Below, piece after piece: positions 7,798 through 16,500 of a stretch of 64,000 bases of DNA. The notes under the pieces are model-generated. The model searched no databases and was not told the DNA's origin. It saw only the letters and a list, made by a program, of their open reading frames with translations. The stretch comes from Patescibacteria group bacterium (GTDB taxonomy: Bacteria; Patescibacteriota; Patescibacteriia; Magasanikbacterales; GWA2-37-8), in assembly GCA_004321885.1 (NCBI GenBank), contig SCQK01000004.1:1-64000 (forward strand). The letters are read 5' to 3'. Every line of letters starts with the position of its first letter. Position 1 is the first letter of the stretch. The translations under genes and the position numbers were made by a program.

Positions 7798-9989
7798 ACA
7801 TACATCGTTTTCGCCGCGTTGTAGAGCTGTTTCACCTCGGCCGCCGACAGGGCGCGGTTGTACACGCGGACGTCGTCAATGGAGCCATTAAAATAAGCTA
7901 AATTAGAAGCTCTTCTTAACACGCCAATATCCATCGCTGTCGCGTCAACTATATCACCAAACCAATTTCCAGGATTTGCTACTTGATTTACAGTCATTGT
8001 TTGACTGATACCGTCAATATACGCGCTCCAAGCAGAACCATTAGAAATAAATACAACCTGGTGCCAATTTGTATCTTGATAAGAATTGCTGGGAGTAACA
8101 ACATCACCTTGTAGCGCTTGATTGACACGATTCCAAACTTCTAATCTTTTATTTGTTTTATCAAAATAAAAAACTAATTCATCATCATAAGAACCAGGTA
8201 CGGCAATGCTAAAAAGAGCTAAATCCGCAGACAAGCTGGCCATTTTTGTCCAGAATGCTACTGTTCCTTGTTGATTTGTTAAAAATGAGGGAGAAGTTTT
8301 TTCTATATAATCACTCGTCCCATTAAAACTCATCGCCCCGCTGATTTTCCCCGCCACTTTCGTGGGCGTGTTGGCCGAAGTGCCATGATTTCTATTGCCG
8401 CTTTTATCCCAGACATTTAATCCGCTTATATCCCCGCTGTCCATCGTCCAATACCCCACCAGCCCGCGGCGGGGGGCCGAGTTTGAGTACTTTTTTTTGA
8501 CCGCGTTGTAGAGCTGTTTCACCTCGGCCGCCGACAAGGCGCGGTTGTAGACGCGGACATCGTCAAATACAAAATCCGCTGGTTGTATGTAGCTGACCTC
8601 TTGAAAAATGCCAATCATAAAAAGATTGGCATCAGTCGCGTCATCAAACCATTGTCCAGAATTTGCGCCTGAATAAATGGTGAGCGGCAATGACATATTA
8701 TCAACATAAACGCTTATAGCAGAACCACTGGAAGTAAAAACAATATGATGCCAATTATTGTCGTTAATAGTATTATTGGGCGTCACCATATTCAACGTGA
8801 GGGCTCCATTTTGTGTTAAAATAATTTGAAAGGACTTTGAGCTGTCTCCTCTGTAATCCCAACGCAACGCATCATCAACTACTCCATTTGTCGCGATTGA
8901 GACAAATGTGCTAATAGCAGCATAAGCATTTGACCTTTTTGCCCAAAAAGAAATAGCGCCTTGCGAGTCATTTATAAAAGACGGATTGCTTTTGGTGATC
9001 CACTCCGTGCTCCCGTCAAAATTCAGCGCGTTGCCTATTTTCCCGGCCACGAGGTCGGCCGAGGTGATATTGGTGCCAGTGCCGTGGTTTTGCTGGCCGC
9101 TTTTGTCGTAGACTTTCGTGCCGTTTATATCCCCACTATCCATTGTCCACCACCCCACCAGTTGTTTGCGAACCGGGGCTTTGGTAAAGTTGCTTTTGGT
9201 GGCCTGGTATAGTTGTTTCACCTCGGCCGCCGACAGGGCGCGGTTGTACACGCGGACGTCATCAAGGGAGCCAGGGAAATATGAACCGCCATTTTCCACG
9301 CCTATTTGCAAATTTTTGCTGGAAGCAGCATTTCTGGCCGCCAACCCGCTTGCTGTGCCATCCTGCGCGCCGTTTACGTATACATAAGCATTATCGCCAT
9401 TTCTTACCGCTGCAACATGATACCATGTGTTTGCATTTAATGTAGTCGTCCCCGTGACATCAATACCACCTGAACCAACATAAAAAAGTAATTTTTGCCC
9501 CGCCCCCAAATTACGGGTATCAAATATAAACCCCATCTCACTTGCTCCGCCATTATTATATTTATCTAAAATTAAACTAATGGTGTTCCAAGTTGAGGCT
9601 TTTATCCACGCGGACAGCGTAAAATTTCCTGTCCCAAAATTAAATGACGCGCCTGGAGCTTGTAAGAACTGTGAAGAGCCGTTAAGATTCACAGCTTCCT
9701 TTATTTTCCCCGCCACAACGGTCGGACTGCCTGTTGAAGTAGCGTGATTCTTGTAACCTGATTTATCGTAATAGGTTATCCCACTCACATCCCCGCTATC
9801 CATCGTCCACCAGCCCACCAGCCCTTGGCGCGGGGCCGCGGCGTGGGCGACGTCTACCCCCCCTAGCCCCCCCTTATTAAGGGGGGGGAACGCAAAAAGC
9901 GCGCCCCAGAGAGCGACGCAAAAAACCGACAGCATTGTGGCTCCACGCACAGCATGGAGCCAGCGATTTTTGGAAGGTTTGCGAGACAT
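7791..9989 (-). CDS. secreted protein with three LamG-like lectin domains
   Basis: 732 aa. Signal peptide ending VDVAHAAAP. LSAAEVKQLY motif x3. The first 31 codons lie in a 98-bp segment duplicated at 10758..10856. A family-D palindrome (9848..9885) encodes FPPLNKGGLGGVD in frame. Confidence 0.8.
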   Translation of the reverse strand: MSRKPSKNRWLHAVRGATMLSVFCVALWGALFAFPPLNKGGLGGVDVAHAAAPRQGLVGWWTMDSGDVSGITYYDKSGYKNHATSTGSPTVVAGKIKEAVNLNGSSQFLQAPGASFNFGTGNFTLSAWIKASTWNTISLILDKYNNGGASEMGFIFDTRNLGAGQKLLFYVGSGGIDVTGTTTLNANTWYHVAAVRNGDNAYVYVNGAQDGTASGLAARNAASSKNLQIGVENGGSYFPGSLDDVRVYNRALSAAEVKQLYQATKSNFTKAPVRKQLVGWWTMDSGDINGTKVYDKSGQQNHGTGTNITSADLVAGKIGNALNFDGSTEWITKSNPSFINDSQGAISFWAKRSNAYAAISTFVSIATNGVVDDALRWDYRGDSSKSFQIILTQNGALTLNMVTPNNTINDNNWHHIVFTSSGSAISVYVDNMSLPLTIYSGANSGQWFDDATDANLFMIGIFQEVSYIQPADFVFDDVRVYNRALSAAEVKQLYNAVKKKYSNSAPRRGLVGYWTMDSGDISGLNVWDKSGNRNHGTSANTPTKVAGKISGAMSFNGTSDYIEKTSPSFLTNQQGTVAFWTKMASLSADLALFSIAVPGSYDDELVFYFDKTNKRLEVWNRVNQALQGDVVTPSNSYQDTNWHQVVFISNGSAWSAYIDGISQTMTVNQVANPGNWFGDIVDATAMDIGVLRRASNLAYFNGSIDDVRVYNRALSAAEVKQLYNAAKTMYVK

Positions 9990-10035
9990 ATCACGTAATT
10001 TGACAAAATCAGTTACTCATGTTATTCTATCTTTA

Positions 10036-10146
10036 GAAAACAACAGCTGAATACTTCCCTTCCGCAGTCATGTCTGCGGGGCGAAAGCTTGGAAGGTGTC
10101 CGCGAGGAATAGGCTGATCCCCCTTAAACGGGGGTTTTTGTTTTTT
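10036..10146 (+). ncRNA. candidate small structured RNA (sRNA-2), convergent with DUF3800 paralog 2
   Basis: TTGACA 10000-10005 N17 TATTCT 10023-10028. Hairpin ccgcag-tcatgt-ctgcgg; GGCGAAAG; tcc-GCGA-gga hairpin; GAATAGGC. Terminator ccccc-ttaaac-ggggg + T-tract ending ~12 nt before the DUF3800 stop. Confidence 0.5.
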
Positions 10147-10157
10147 ACACATTTTTA

Positions 10158-10718
10158 TTAAATTTGTTTCAAAATTCCTTTCACGCAAAATTCTTTATAT
10201 AAATCCGGGAATGGTTCTTCTTCCTCCGTTTTGTCCCTCATAAAACCGGCAATGGCATCCGCCAAACGAACAAAAACATCGCTTTCATCTCTGGCGCCTC
10301 TCACTTTCCGAACTTTTATTCTTAACTTTCGCAAACCGGCCGCGAATCTTCCTCTTTCTTCTCTTTTTAATCCATCCACCAAAACCGTCGCCGTGTACTC
10401 TTTTTCCGCCCTTTGAGAAATTGCTTTAGCCGTAGATAATATCGTCAAATCCACATACGCCTTTGAATCTTCATATTTTGAAAAGAACGCGCTATTTCTC
10501 AATAATCCGCTTCCCAAAATCAGCCGTAAGTACGAAATTCTGCTTCTTCTTCTCGCTTTTGACCATTTGTGGACTCCCTTTCCGCTCTCTTTTTCAATAT
10601 TTTTTAACTTTTCTTTTATCGCGTCACGCTCTTTTTCCAAAATTATCACGGAAACCAGAAATAATTTTCCTTCGGTATCTTGCCCTGTTTCATCCACATA
10701 ACAATAATACTTTTGCAT
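10158..10718 (-). CDS. DUF3800-like protein (paralog 2)
   Basis: MQKYYCYVDETGQD ... RDESDVFVRLADAIAG. The listed ORF extends to 10814, but the extra 96 nt belong to the duplicated LamG-3 5' segment. Confidence 0.6.
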   Translation of the reverse strand: MQKYYCYVDETGQDTEGKLFLVSVIILEKERDAIKEKLKNIEKESGKGVHKWSKARRRSRISYLRLILGSGLLRNSAFFSKYEDSKAYVDLTILSTAKAISQRAEKEYTATVLVDGLKREERGRFAAGLRKLRIKVRKVRGARDESDVFVRLADAIAGFMRDKTEEEEPFPDLYKEFCVKGILKQI

Positions 10719-10757
10719 ATCAGGACTATACCACCGAATTGCGTGAATGCCAAAACA

Positions 10758-10856
10758 GCGCGCCCCAGAGAGCGACGCAAAAAACCGACAGCATTGTGGC
10801 TCCACGCACAGCATGGAGCCAGCGATTTTTGGAAGGTTTGCGAGACATGCAATCGC
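10758..10856. repeat. duplicate of the LamG-3 promoter-proximal/5' coding segment (9893..9990)
   Basis: Essentially identical ~98 bp including the ATG and first 31 codons (MSRKPSKNRWLHAVRGATMLSVFCVALWGAL). After that the frame ends after 40 codons. Confidence 0.8.
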
Positions 10857-10902
10857 AGTTACTATGTATTTAATACACTTCTTGTTTTTATTCGTTACAC
10901 CC

Positions 10903-11271
10903 CTATCTCTTTCCTCCCAATATTATTTTATCCACCAGCATATCCAATAGGTCCTTTACGTTGGCCTGGGCTTCAACTTCGCTGGTGCTGTCCACGAATT
11001 TTTTCCACTGGGCCAAAATTACCGCGTCGTTCAGCTCGCGCACCGCGTTTTCCAGCTTCAGCCGCGTGTCAAAACTCACTTCGGTTTTGGATTTTATCAC
11101 CTGCTTGATGAACATCTGCAAAAACAGCAGTGATTTGTCGTCGCGCTTCTTGGCTTCCAGCAAACTTTGGGCGCCAGCCAGGTCTTGGCGGAGCTGTAAG
11201 TAGCCGACGCCCAACATGACGACAGCCCCCCCCAAGAGTATGACGACCAGCGTGTATAGGACTTTTTTCAT
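10903..11271 (-). CDS. hypothetical small membrane-anchored protein
   Basis: 122 aa; N-terminal TM helix; no recognisable domain. Confidence 0.35.
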   Translation of the reverse strand: MKKVLYTLVVILLGGAVVMLGVGYLQLRQDLAGAQSLLEAKKRDDKSLLFLQMFIKQVIKSKTEVSFDTRLKLENAVRELNDAVILAQWKKFVDSTSEVEAQANVKDLLDMLVDKIILGGKR

Positions 11272-11345
11272 AATTGATAAATTATTATTAAGTTTGGGAT
11301 TGCTTTACCCCTCCCCGCCTCCCCTTATAAATGGGAAGGGGGATG

Positions 11346-13325
11346 TTATTTTTTTAATCCGCTGCCTTCCCACCTCGCCCGCTTGCGGTCTTTGTAAAAA
11401 TTGAACAGCAAAAGCAGAGCCACCAGTATCAGCCCGATAGTGCGCCAGTCAAAAAGCTTGAGCCACCAGTTCTTGGCGAGCAACTCTATGTTGAAATGCA
11501 CGCCCCCGCCCTCGGCCACCTCAAACGGCCGGCTCTCGTAGACAATGTAGCCGGGCGCGATTACCTTTATGCTGTACATACCCGTGGGCACCAAAAACGA
11601 ATAACTGCCGCGGGCGTCCGTAACCTGATTGTTTTCCTGCTGGAAATCTTCGGCCGGCCACAGCTCGTATTGCCTGGTGTCGGGGTTGAGCCAATAAAGC
11701 GAAATCACGGCGCCCGGAATGCGCAGTTCTTTGTCGCCAATTTTTTCATATACATACCCTTCCGGGTCAACCACGGTGATCAGGCGGATTTCTTTTTTCC
11801 CCAGTTCAGGGTCATCATAGTCAATCACGTTTATAATCTCGTATTCGCCGGCCGGGATGGGCGACTTGACTTCGGCCGTGTACACGCCATCACCGTCCGG
11901 GTCAGTGTATTCAAACTCGGCCAGCACCAATTTTTCTTCCACTGACACCGGCTGGACCTGTTCGCGGGCCAGGGCCGGCATGGCAAAGGTAATTGAGTTT
12001 AACAAATCAGCCAGGGGCAGACTGTAGGCGCTGGCGCTTGGTTTTTTGGAACGGAAAATGACATAGCCCCTGATGCTTTTAACTTTTTTGTCCGGCCGGA
12101 TGGAGAGCTGAAGTATTTTTCCGGAAATAGTAATAATTTTTTGCTCGGCACGGCCCTTGTCGGTGAGGGTAAGAAAACTGCTGTAATCCACCATTTCGCC
12201 CAGACCGCGCGCGAACACGATGTCGGACGGGATTTTGTCTTTAAGATTTTTCGGCAAATAGCTGACGGGCACGGATTGGCCTTTGGCGCTTAAAGGCGCC
12301 AATCCGAGGGACTTGGACAGGCCGGGCAGGGCCAGTTTGGTATCGCCAATTTTCTGTAAATCGCTCATGCGGCTCACGCCAACCTTGCCGAACAAATTTT
12401 TAACCTCGGGAAATTTTTGCGCCAGAGCGGTGAATTCTTTAGGCAAAGGCGCGAAGACAAATTTCTTAATTTGACGCGGGTCAATATACTCCCACCCGCT
12501 ACGCATTGAGAGCGGGGTTTTCTTGGCCACCAATTCGCGCAAAGGAATTGTGACCTGCGGGGGTTTGAAAAAATCTTTGATATGCGCGAAGAATTTGGCT
12601 ATGGGAATTTTGGGGATGACGATTTTTTTCGGGATGAGCTTGGCTAAAAGCGATTTGACAATGCCCAGGCCGCGCGCGAGGGCGGAGGGCTGGGGTGGGG
12701 TAATGGCGGCTCCCTCCCCTATTAGGGGAGGGACAGAGGGCGGGGTTTGGGGTGGAGGAATGGACTCTCCCTCCCCTATTAGAGGAGGGACAGAGGGTGG
12801 AATTACTGGCGTCGACGCTCCACCGCCGCCCCCAGACGGCGGCTGTGAAGAAGGCGGGACTCCGCCGCGCGCGCTGGCCGGACGCCAGTCGGTTTTCACC
12901 GAGCAGTTGGCGCAGACGAAATTGATGATGCCCGCATTGTCGCCGCTGGCTTGCCCCAAAAATTCTCCGCGCGAATTGATTGTTACTCCGCTGAAATTTA
13001 TCCAGCCCAAATTTTGTCCCCAGGCATAGCCCGACAGACTGCCTTCGCCGTTGTTTTTCACCCCGCTCGTGGACGGGCTAAGATTTATCCATCCATAATG
13101 GTCGCTCCAGGCATAGCCGGTGAGCGCGGTATCGGTAATATGGATATTGCCCGTATTGCCATTGTCGGACCGAAAACTTATCCAGCCGATTTTTGAACTC
13201 CAGGCATATCTGTTGTACAGGTCAATGGCGCCGTCGGTGGATGAAGCAAAAGTGGGTAACACCAAAAAGACAGTTGCCATGACTGACAGTGAAATGGCCG
13301 CGAATAAAATTTTTCTTCGTGGCAT
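11346..13325 (-). CDS. hypothetical secreted/anchored protein (W-rich repeats, Pro-rich linker, prealbumin/CarboxypepD_reg-like domain, C-terminal TM)
   Basis: 659 aa. Signal peptide. Repeats GYAWS..GWINF. Tandem PPSVPPLIGEG units coincide with tandem family-D palindromes at 12690..12800. Confidence 0.45.
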   Translation of the reverse strand: MPRRKILFAAISLSVMATVFLVLPTFASSTDGAIDLYNRYAWSSKIGWISFRSDNGNTGNIHITDTALTGYAWSDHYGWINLSPSTSGVKNNGEGSLSGYAWGQNLGWINFSGVTINSRGEFLGQASGDNAGIINFVCANCSVKTDWRPASARGGVPPSSQPPSGGGGGASTPVIPPSVPPLIGEGESIPPPQTPPSVPPLIGEGAAITPPQPSALARGLGIVKSLLAKLIPKKIVIPKIPIAKFFAHIKDFFKPPQVTIPLRELVAKKTPLSMRSGWEYIDPRQIKKFVFAPLPKEFTALAQKFPEVKNLFGKVGVSRMSDLQKIGDTKLALPGLSKSLGLAPLSAKGQSVPVSYLPKNLKDKIPSDIVFARGLGEMVDYSSFLTLTDKGRAEQKIITISGKILQLSIRPDKKVKSIRGYVIFRSKKPSASAYSLPLADLLNSITFAMPALAREQVQPVSVEEKLVLAEFEYTDPDGDGVYTAEVKSPIPAGEYEIINVIDYDDPELGKKEIRLITVVDPEGYVYEKIGDKELRIPGAVISLYWLNPDTRQYELWPAEDFQQENNQVTDARGSYSFLVPTGMYSIKVIAPGYIVYESRPFEVAEGGGVHFNIELLAKNWWLKLFDWRTIGLILVALLLLFNFYKDRKRARWEGSGLKK

Positions 13326-13439
13326 ATTTGTTTACATTAGTATAGCACAAAAAGATTTTCTTGACCCGCGTTGTCTGTGGATAAGTCGGCCTGCCCGCCT
13401 CTGGCTGGCCGCTCTTGCCTTGCGGCGAAAAAAATGGTA

Positions 13440-13586
13440 AAATAGTACCACTGAAATTACTAAATCTCAATGTCAAATTTCCAATCAATTTCAAATGACT
13501 AATGTTCAATGTCAAATTTTACATTTGAATTTTGACATTGGACATTGATTTGACATTAGTAATTTGGGTTTTGAAATTTCAACATT
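13440..13586. repeat. family-C long imperfect palindrome (CCAAT/ATTGG-rich)
   Basis: Left arm caatgtcaaatttccaatcaattt...; right arm ...atttgacattggacattgatttgacattag. About 130 bp, self-complementary, in a divergent intergenic region. Relatives at 22030..22140, 31140..31250, 31975..32100. Confidence 0.55.
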
Positions 13587-16500
13587 ATGCCCATCAAACG
13601 AGTTCAAAAAGGACGACTAAAACCACCTGTCATTGCGAGACCTGAAAGAGGCCGCCTGCCCGCCTCTGGCGGGAAGCAATCCCCCGCGATTAAGAGAGGG
13701 ATCGCCGCGTCGCCCCGACGTAACGTCAGGGCTCCTCGCAATGACAAAGTGAAACCCGACACGAGCGGCGGTTACAGCGCCAAAAACATCACGGTGCTGG
13801 AAGGCTTGGAGGCCGTGCGCCGGCGGCCCGGCATGTATATCGGTTCCACGGGCACGACGGGCCTGCATCATCTGGTTTGGGAAGTGGTGGACAACTCCAT
13901 TGACGAAGCCATGGCCGGACATTGCGACCAAATTGACATCGCCTTGCTCCCCGGCCACCTGGTGGAAGTGCGCGACAACGGCCGCGGCATTCCGGTTGAC
14001 ATTCACCCCCAGCAAAAAGTCAGCGCCCTGGAAGTGGTACTCACCAAACTGCACGCCGGCGGTAAATTCGGCGACGGCGGCTATAAGGTCTCGGGCGGCC
14101 TCCACGGCGTGGGCGTGTCTGTGGTCAATGCTTTGTCGTCGTACGTAAAAGCCGAAGTGCATCGCGACGGAAAAATTTGGCTGCAAGAATACAAAAACGG
14201 CGGCCAGCCGGTAAAAAAAGTGCGGGCCATTGGCCCGGCCAAAGACACAGGCACGACCATTACTTTTTTACCCGACGCGAGCGTTTTTGAAACATTGGAT
14301 TTTGACTGGAAGACAATCGTGGACCATATCCGCCAACAGGCCTATCTAAACAAGGGCGTGCTTATTTCCGTTTCCGACCGGCGCCAGGGCGAGGAAAAAA
14401 CCAAAGACGGAACGGCTCTCCCTTATCCCAATCCCTCATATCAATTTTATTTTGAAGGCGGCATTGCTTCTTATGTGCGCCACCTGAATCAAAACAAAGA
14501 ACTGAAAAACGAAACTATTTTTTACGTTGATAAAGAGACCGATGGCGTGCGCGTGGAAACCGCTTTGCAATACACCGACGAATACACCGAATCGCTGTTC
14601 GCCTTTACCAACAACATCCACAATCCCGAAGGCGGCACGCATGTGGCTGGTTTTCGCGCGGCTCTCACACGCGGCCTGAACACCTACGCGCGCAACAAAA
14701 ATATCCTGAAAGAAAAAGACGCGAACCTGACCGGCGAGGACGCGCGCGAGGGCTTGAACTGCGTGATTTCGGTAAAGGTGCGCGAGCCCCAGTTTGAAGG
14801 TCAGACTAAAGCCAAACTGGGAAACACCGAGGTCAAGACCGCGGTGGAATCGGTGTTTGGCGACGCGTTTTTAATTTATTTGGAAGAGCACCCGCGGGAC
14901 GCCGAGGCCATCGTGGGCAAGTGTATCTTGGCGTCCAAAGCGCGCAACGCGGCCAAAATTGCGCGCGACGCCATCCTGCGCAAGGGCGCGCTGGAAGGCT
15001 TTACTTTGCCGGGCAAGCTGGCAGATTGCTCCAGCCGTCACGCCGAAGAGAGCGAATTGTTTTTGGTGGAAGGCGACAGTGCCGGTGGCTGTTTTTTTGG
15101 CTCAACTAAGCTAAAATTAGCCGACGGTCGCAGTTTATCTTTCAAAGAATTGGTGGAGGAAAACAAACAAGAAAAGAAAAACTATTGCTATACAATAAAA
15201 GAGGACGGCGATATTGGCATTGAACTGATAAAAAATCCACGAATGACGAAAACAGGCGCGGAAGTGATAAAAGTTATATTAGATAATGACGAGGAAATTA
15301 TTTGTACTCCGGACCACAAGTTTATGTTAAGGAACGGAGAATACAAGGTGGCACAAAATCTGACTCCCTGCGATTCATTAATGCCTCTATATAGGAAAAT
15401 ATCTGAAAAGAGTGGCAGAATCACAATTGAAGGATATGAAATGACCTTTAACCCGAAAGATGCAAGATGGATTTTCACTCATCTACTGGCAGATGATTAT
15501 AATTTACGAAACGGGGTGTACCCCGATGATAGAGGCACCAACAAGCATCATGTTGATTTTAATAAGTTAAATAATAACCCAGATAATATAGTAAGGATGA
15601 CTCACGAAGATCATATGGCTTATCATGCCATGATGCTTCAATTTGGTTTGCACAGAGCGGATGTAAAAGAAAAATCCAAAAAAGCTCACCAATCCGAGGG
15701 GTTTAAAGAAAAAATGAGCAGAATCATGAGTACTCCGGAAATGAAACAAATGTTAAGCCGCAGAGCGAAAAAGCAATGGGAGAACGAGGAATATAAAAAG
15801 TTCATGACGCAAAAATTCTTGGAATTTTACAATTCTAATGAGGAATACAAAAAAAAGAATAATGATTTTCTTAATAAGGCGCAGGAAGAATATTGGGCTG
15901 ACAAAGCCAACAGGAAAAAACAAGCCGAAAGAGTCACTGCGCATTTCAAGGAACATCCCGAAAGAAAAAAATGGCTTAGGGATTTCGCGAAACGGGAATG
16001 GACAGACAAAAATCTGCTTAAATGGCGAGCCGGGAAAACCAAGGAGCAATGGACTGACGAGTTTAGAAGGAAACGAAAAGAAGCATATGACAAGGTCTAC
16101 TTGACCAGCAGTCTGGCTTTCGCCAAAAAGCTTCTTGAATCCAAAGAAGATATGCTGAAAAAATATGACACTGCGCGAATTAATCTTCCGAAAAAAAATA
16201 CCAACCTGTTGAGCTTGAGGACTTTAATTGACAGATTTTTCAACGGCCAAAAACAAAACTTCCTTGAGGCGGTGGCGAATTATAACCATAAAATAATAAG
16301 AATTGAAAAAGTTGCCGAAAAAATGGACGTATATGATATTGAAGTGCCGCACACGCACAACTTTGCATTGGCCAGCGGCGTGTTCGTGCACAATAGCGCA
16401 AAATCCGGACGCGATCGCGAACACCAGGCCATACTCCCCTTGCGCGGCAAGGTGCTGAACGTGGAGCGCGCGCGCTTGGACAAAATCATCGGCAACAACG

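Noticed and set aside
2082-9387. Numerous 60-110-aa plus-strand ORFs inside the LamG genes
   Set aside because: Antisense to long, well-supported minus-strand CDSs with signal peptides and domain repeats; typical shadow ORFs.
1811-9989. Diversity-generating retroelement targeting the LamG genes
   Set aside because: No reverse transcriptase gene or template/variable repeat pair with adenine-specific mismatches seen. Similarity between LamG genes looks like ordinary gene conversion.
10646-10852. 68-aa minus-strand ORF upstream of DUF3800 copy 2
   Set aside because: Falls in the 98-bp duplicate of the LamG-3 5' segment and a family-A fragment; likely non-coding remnant.
13617-14186. 189-aa minus-strand ORF antisense to gyrB 5' region
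   Set aside because: Antisense to the conserved GyrB ATPase domain; no independent support.
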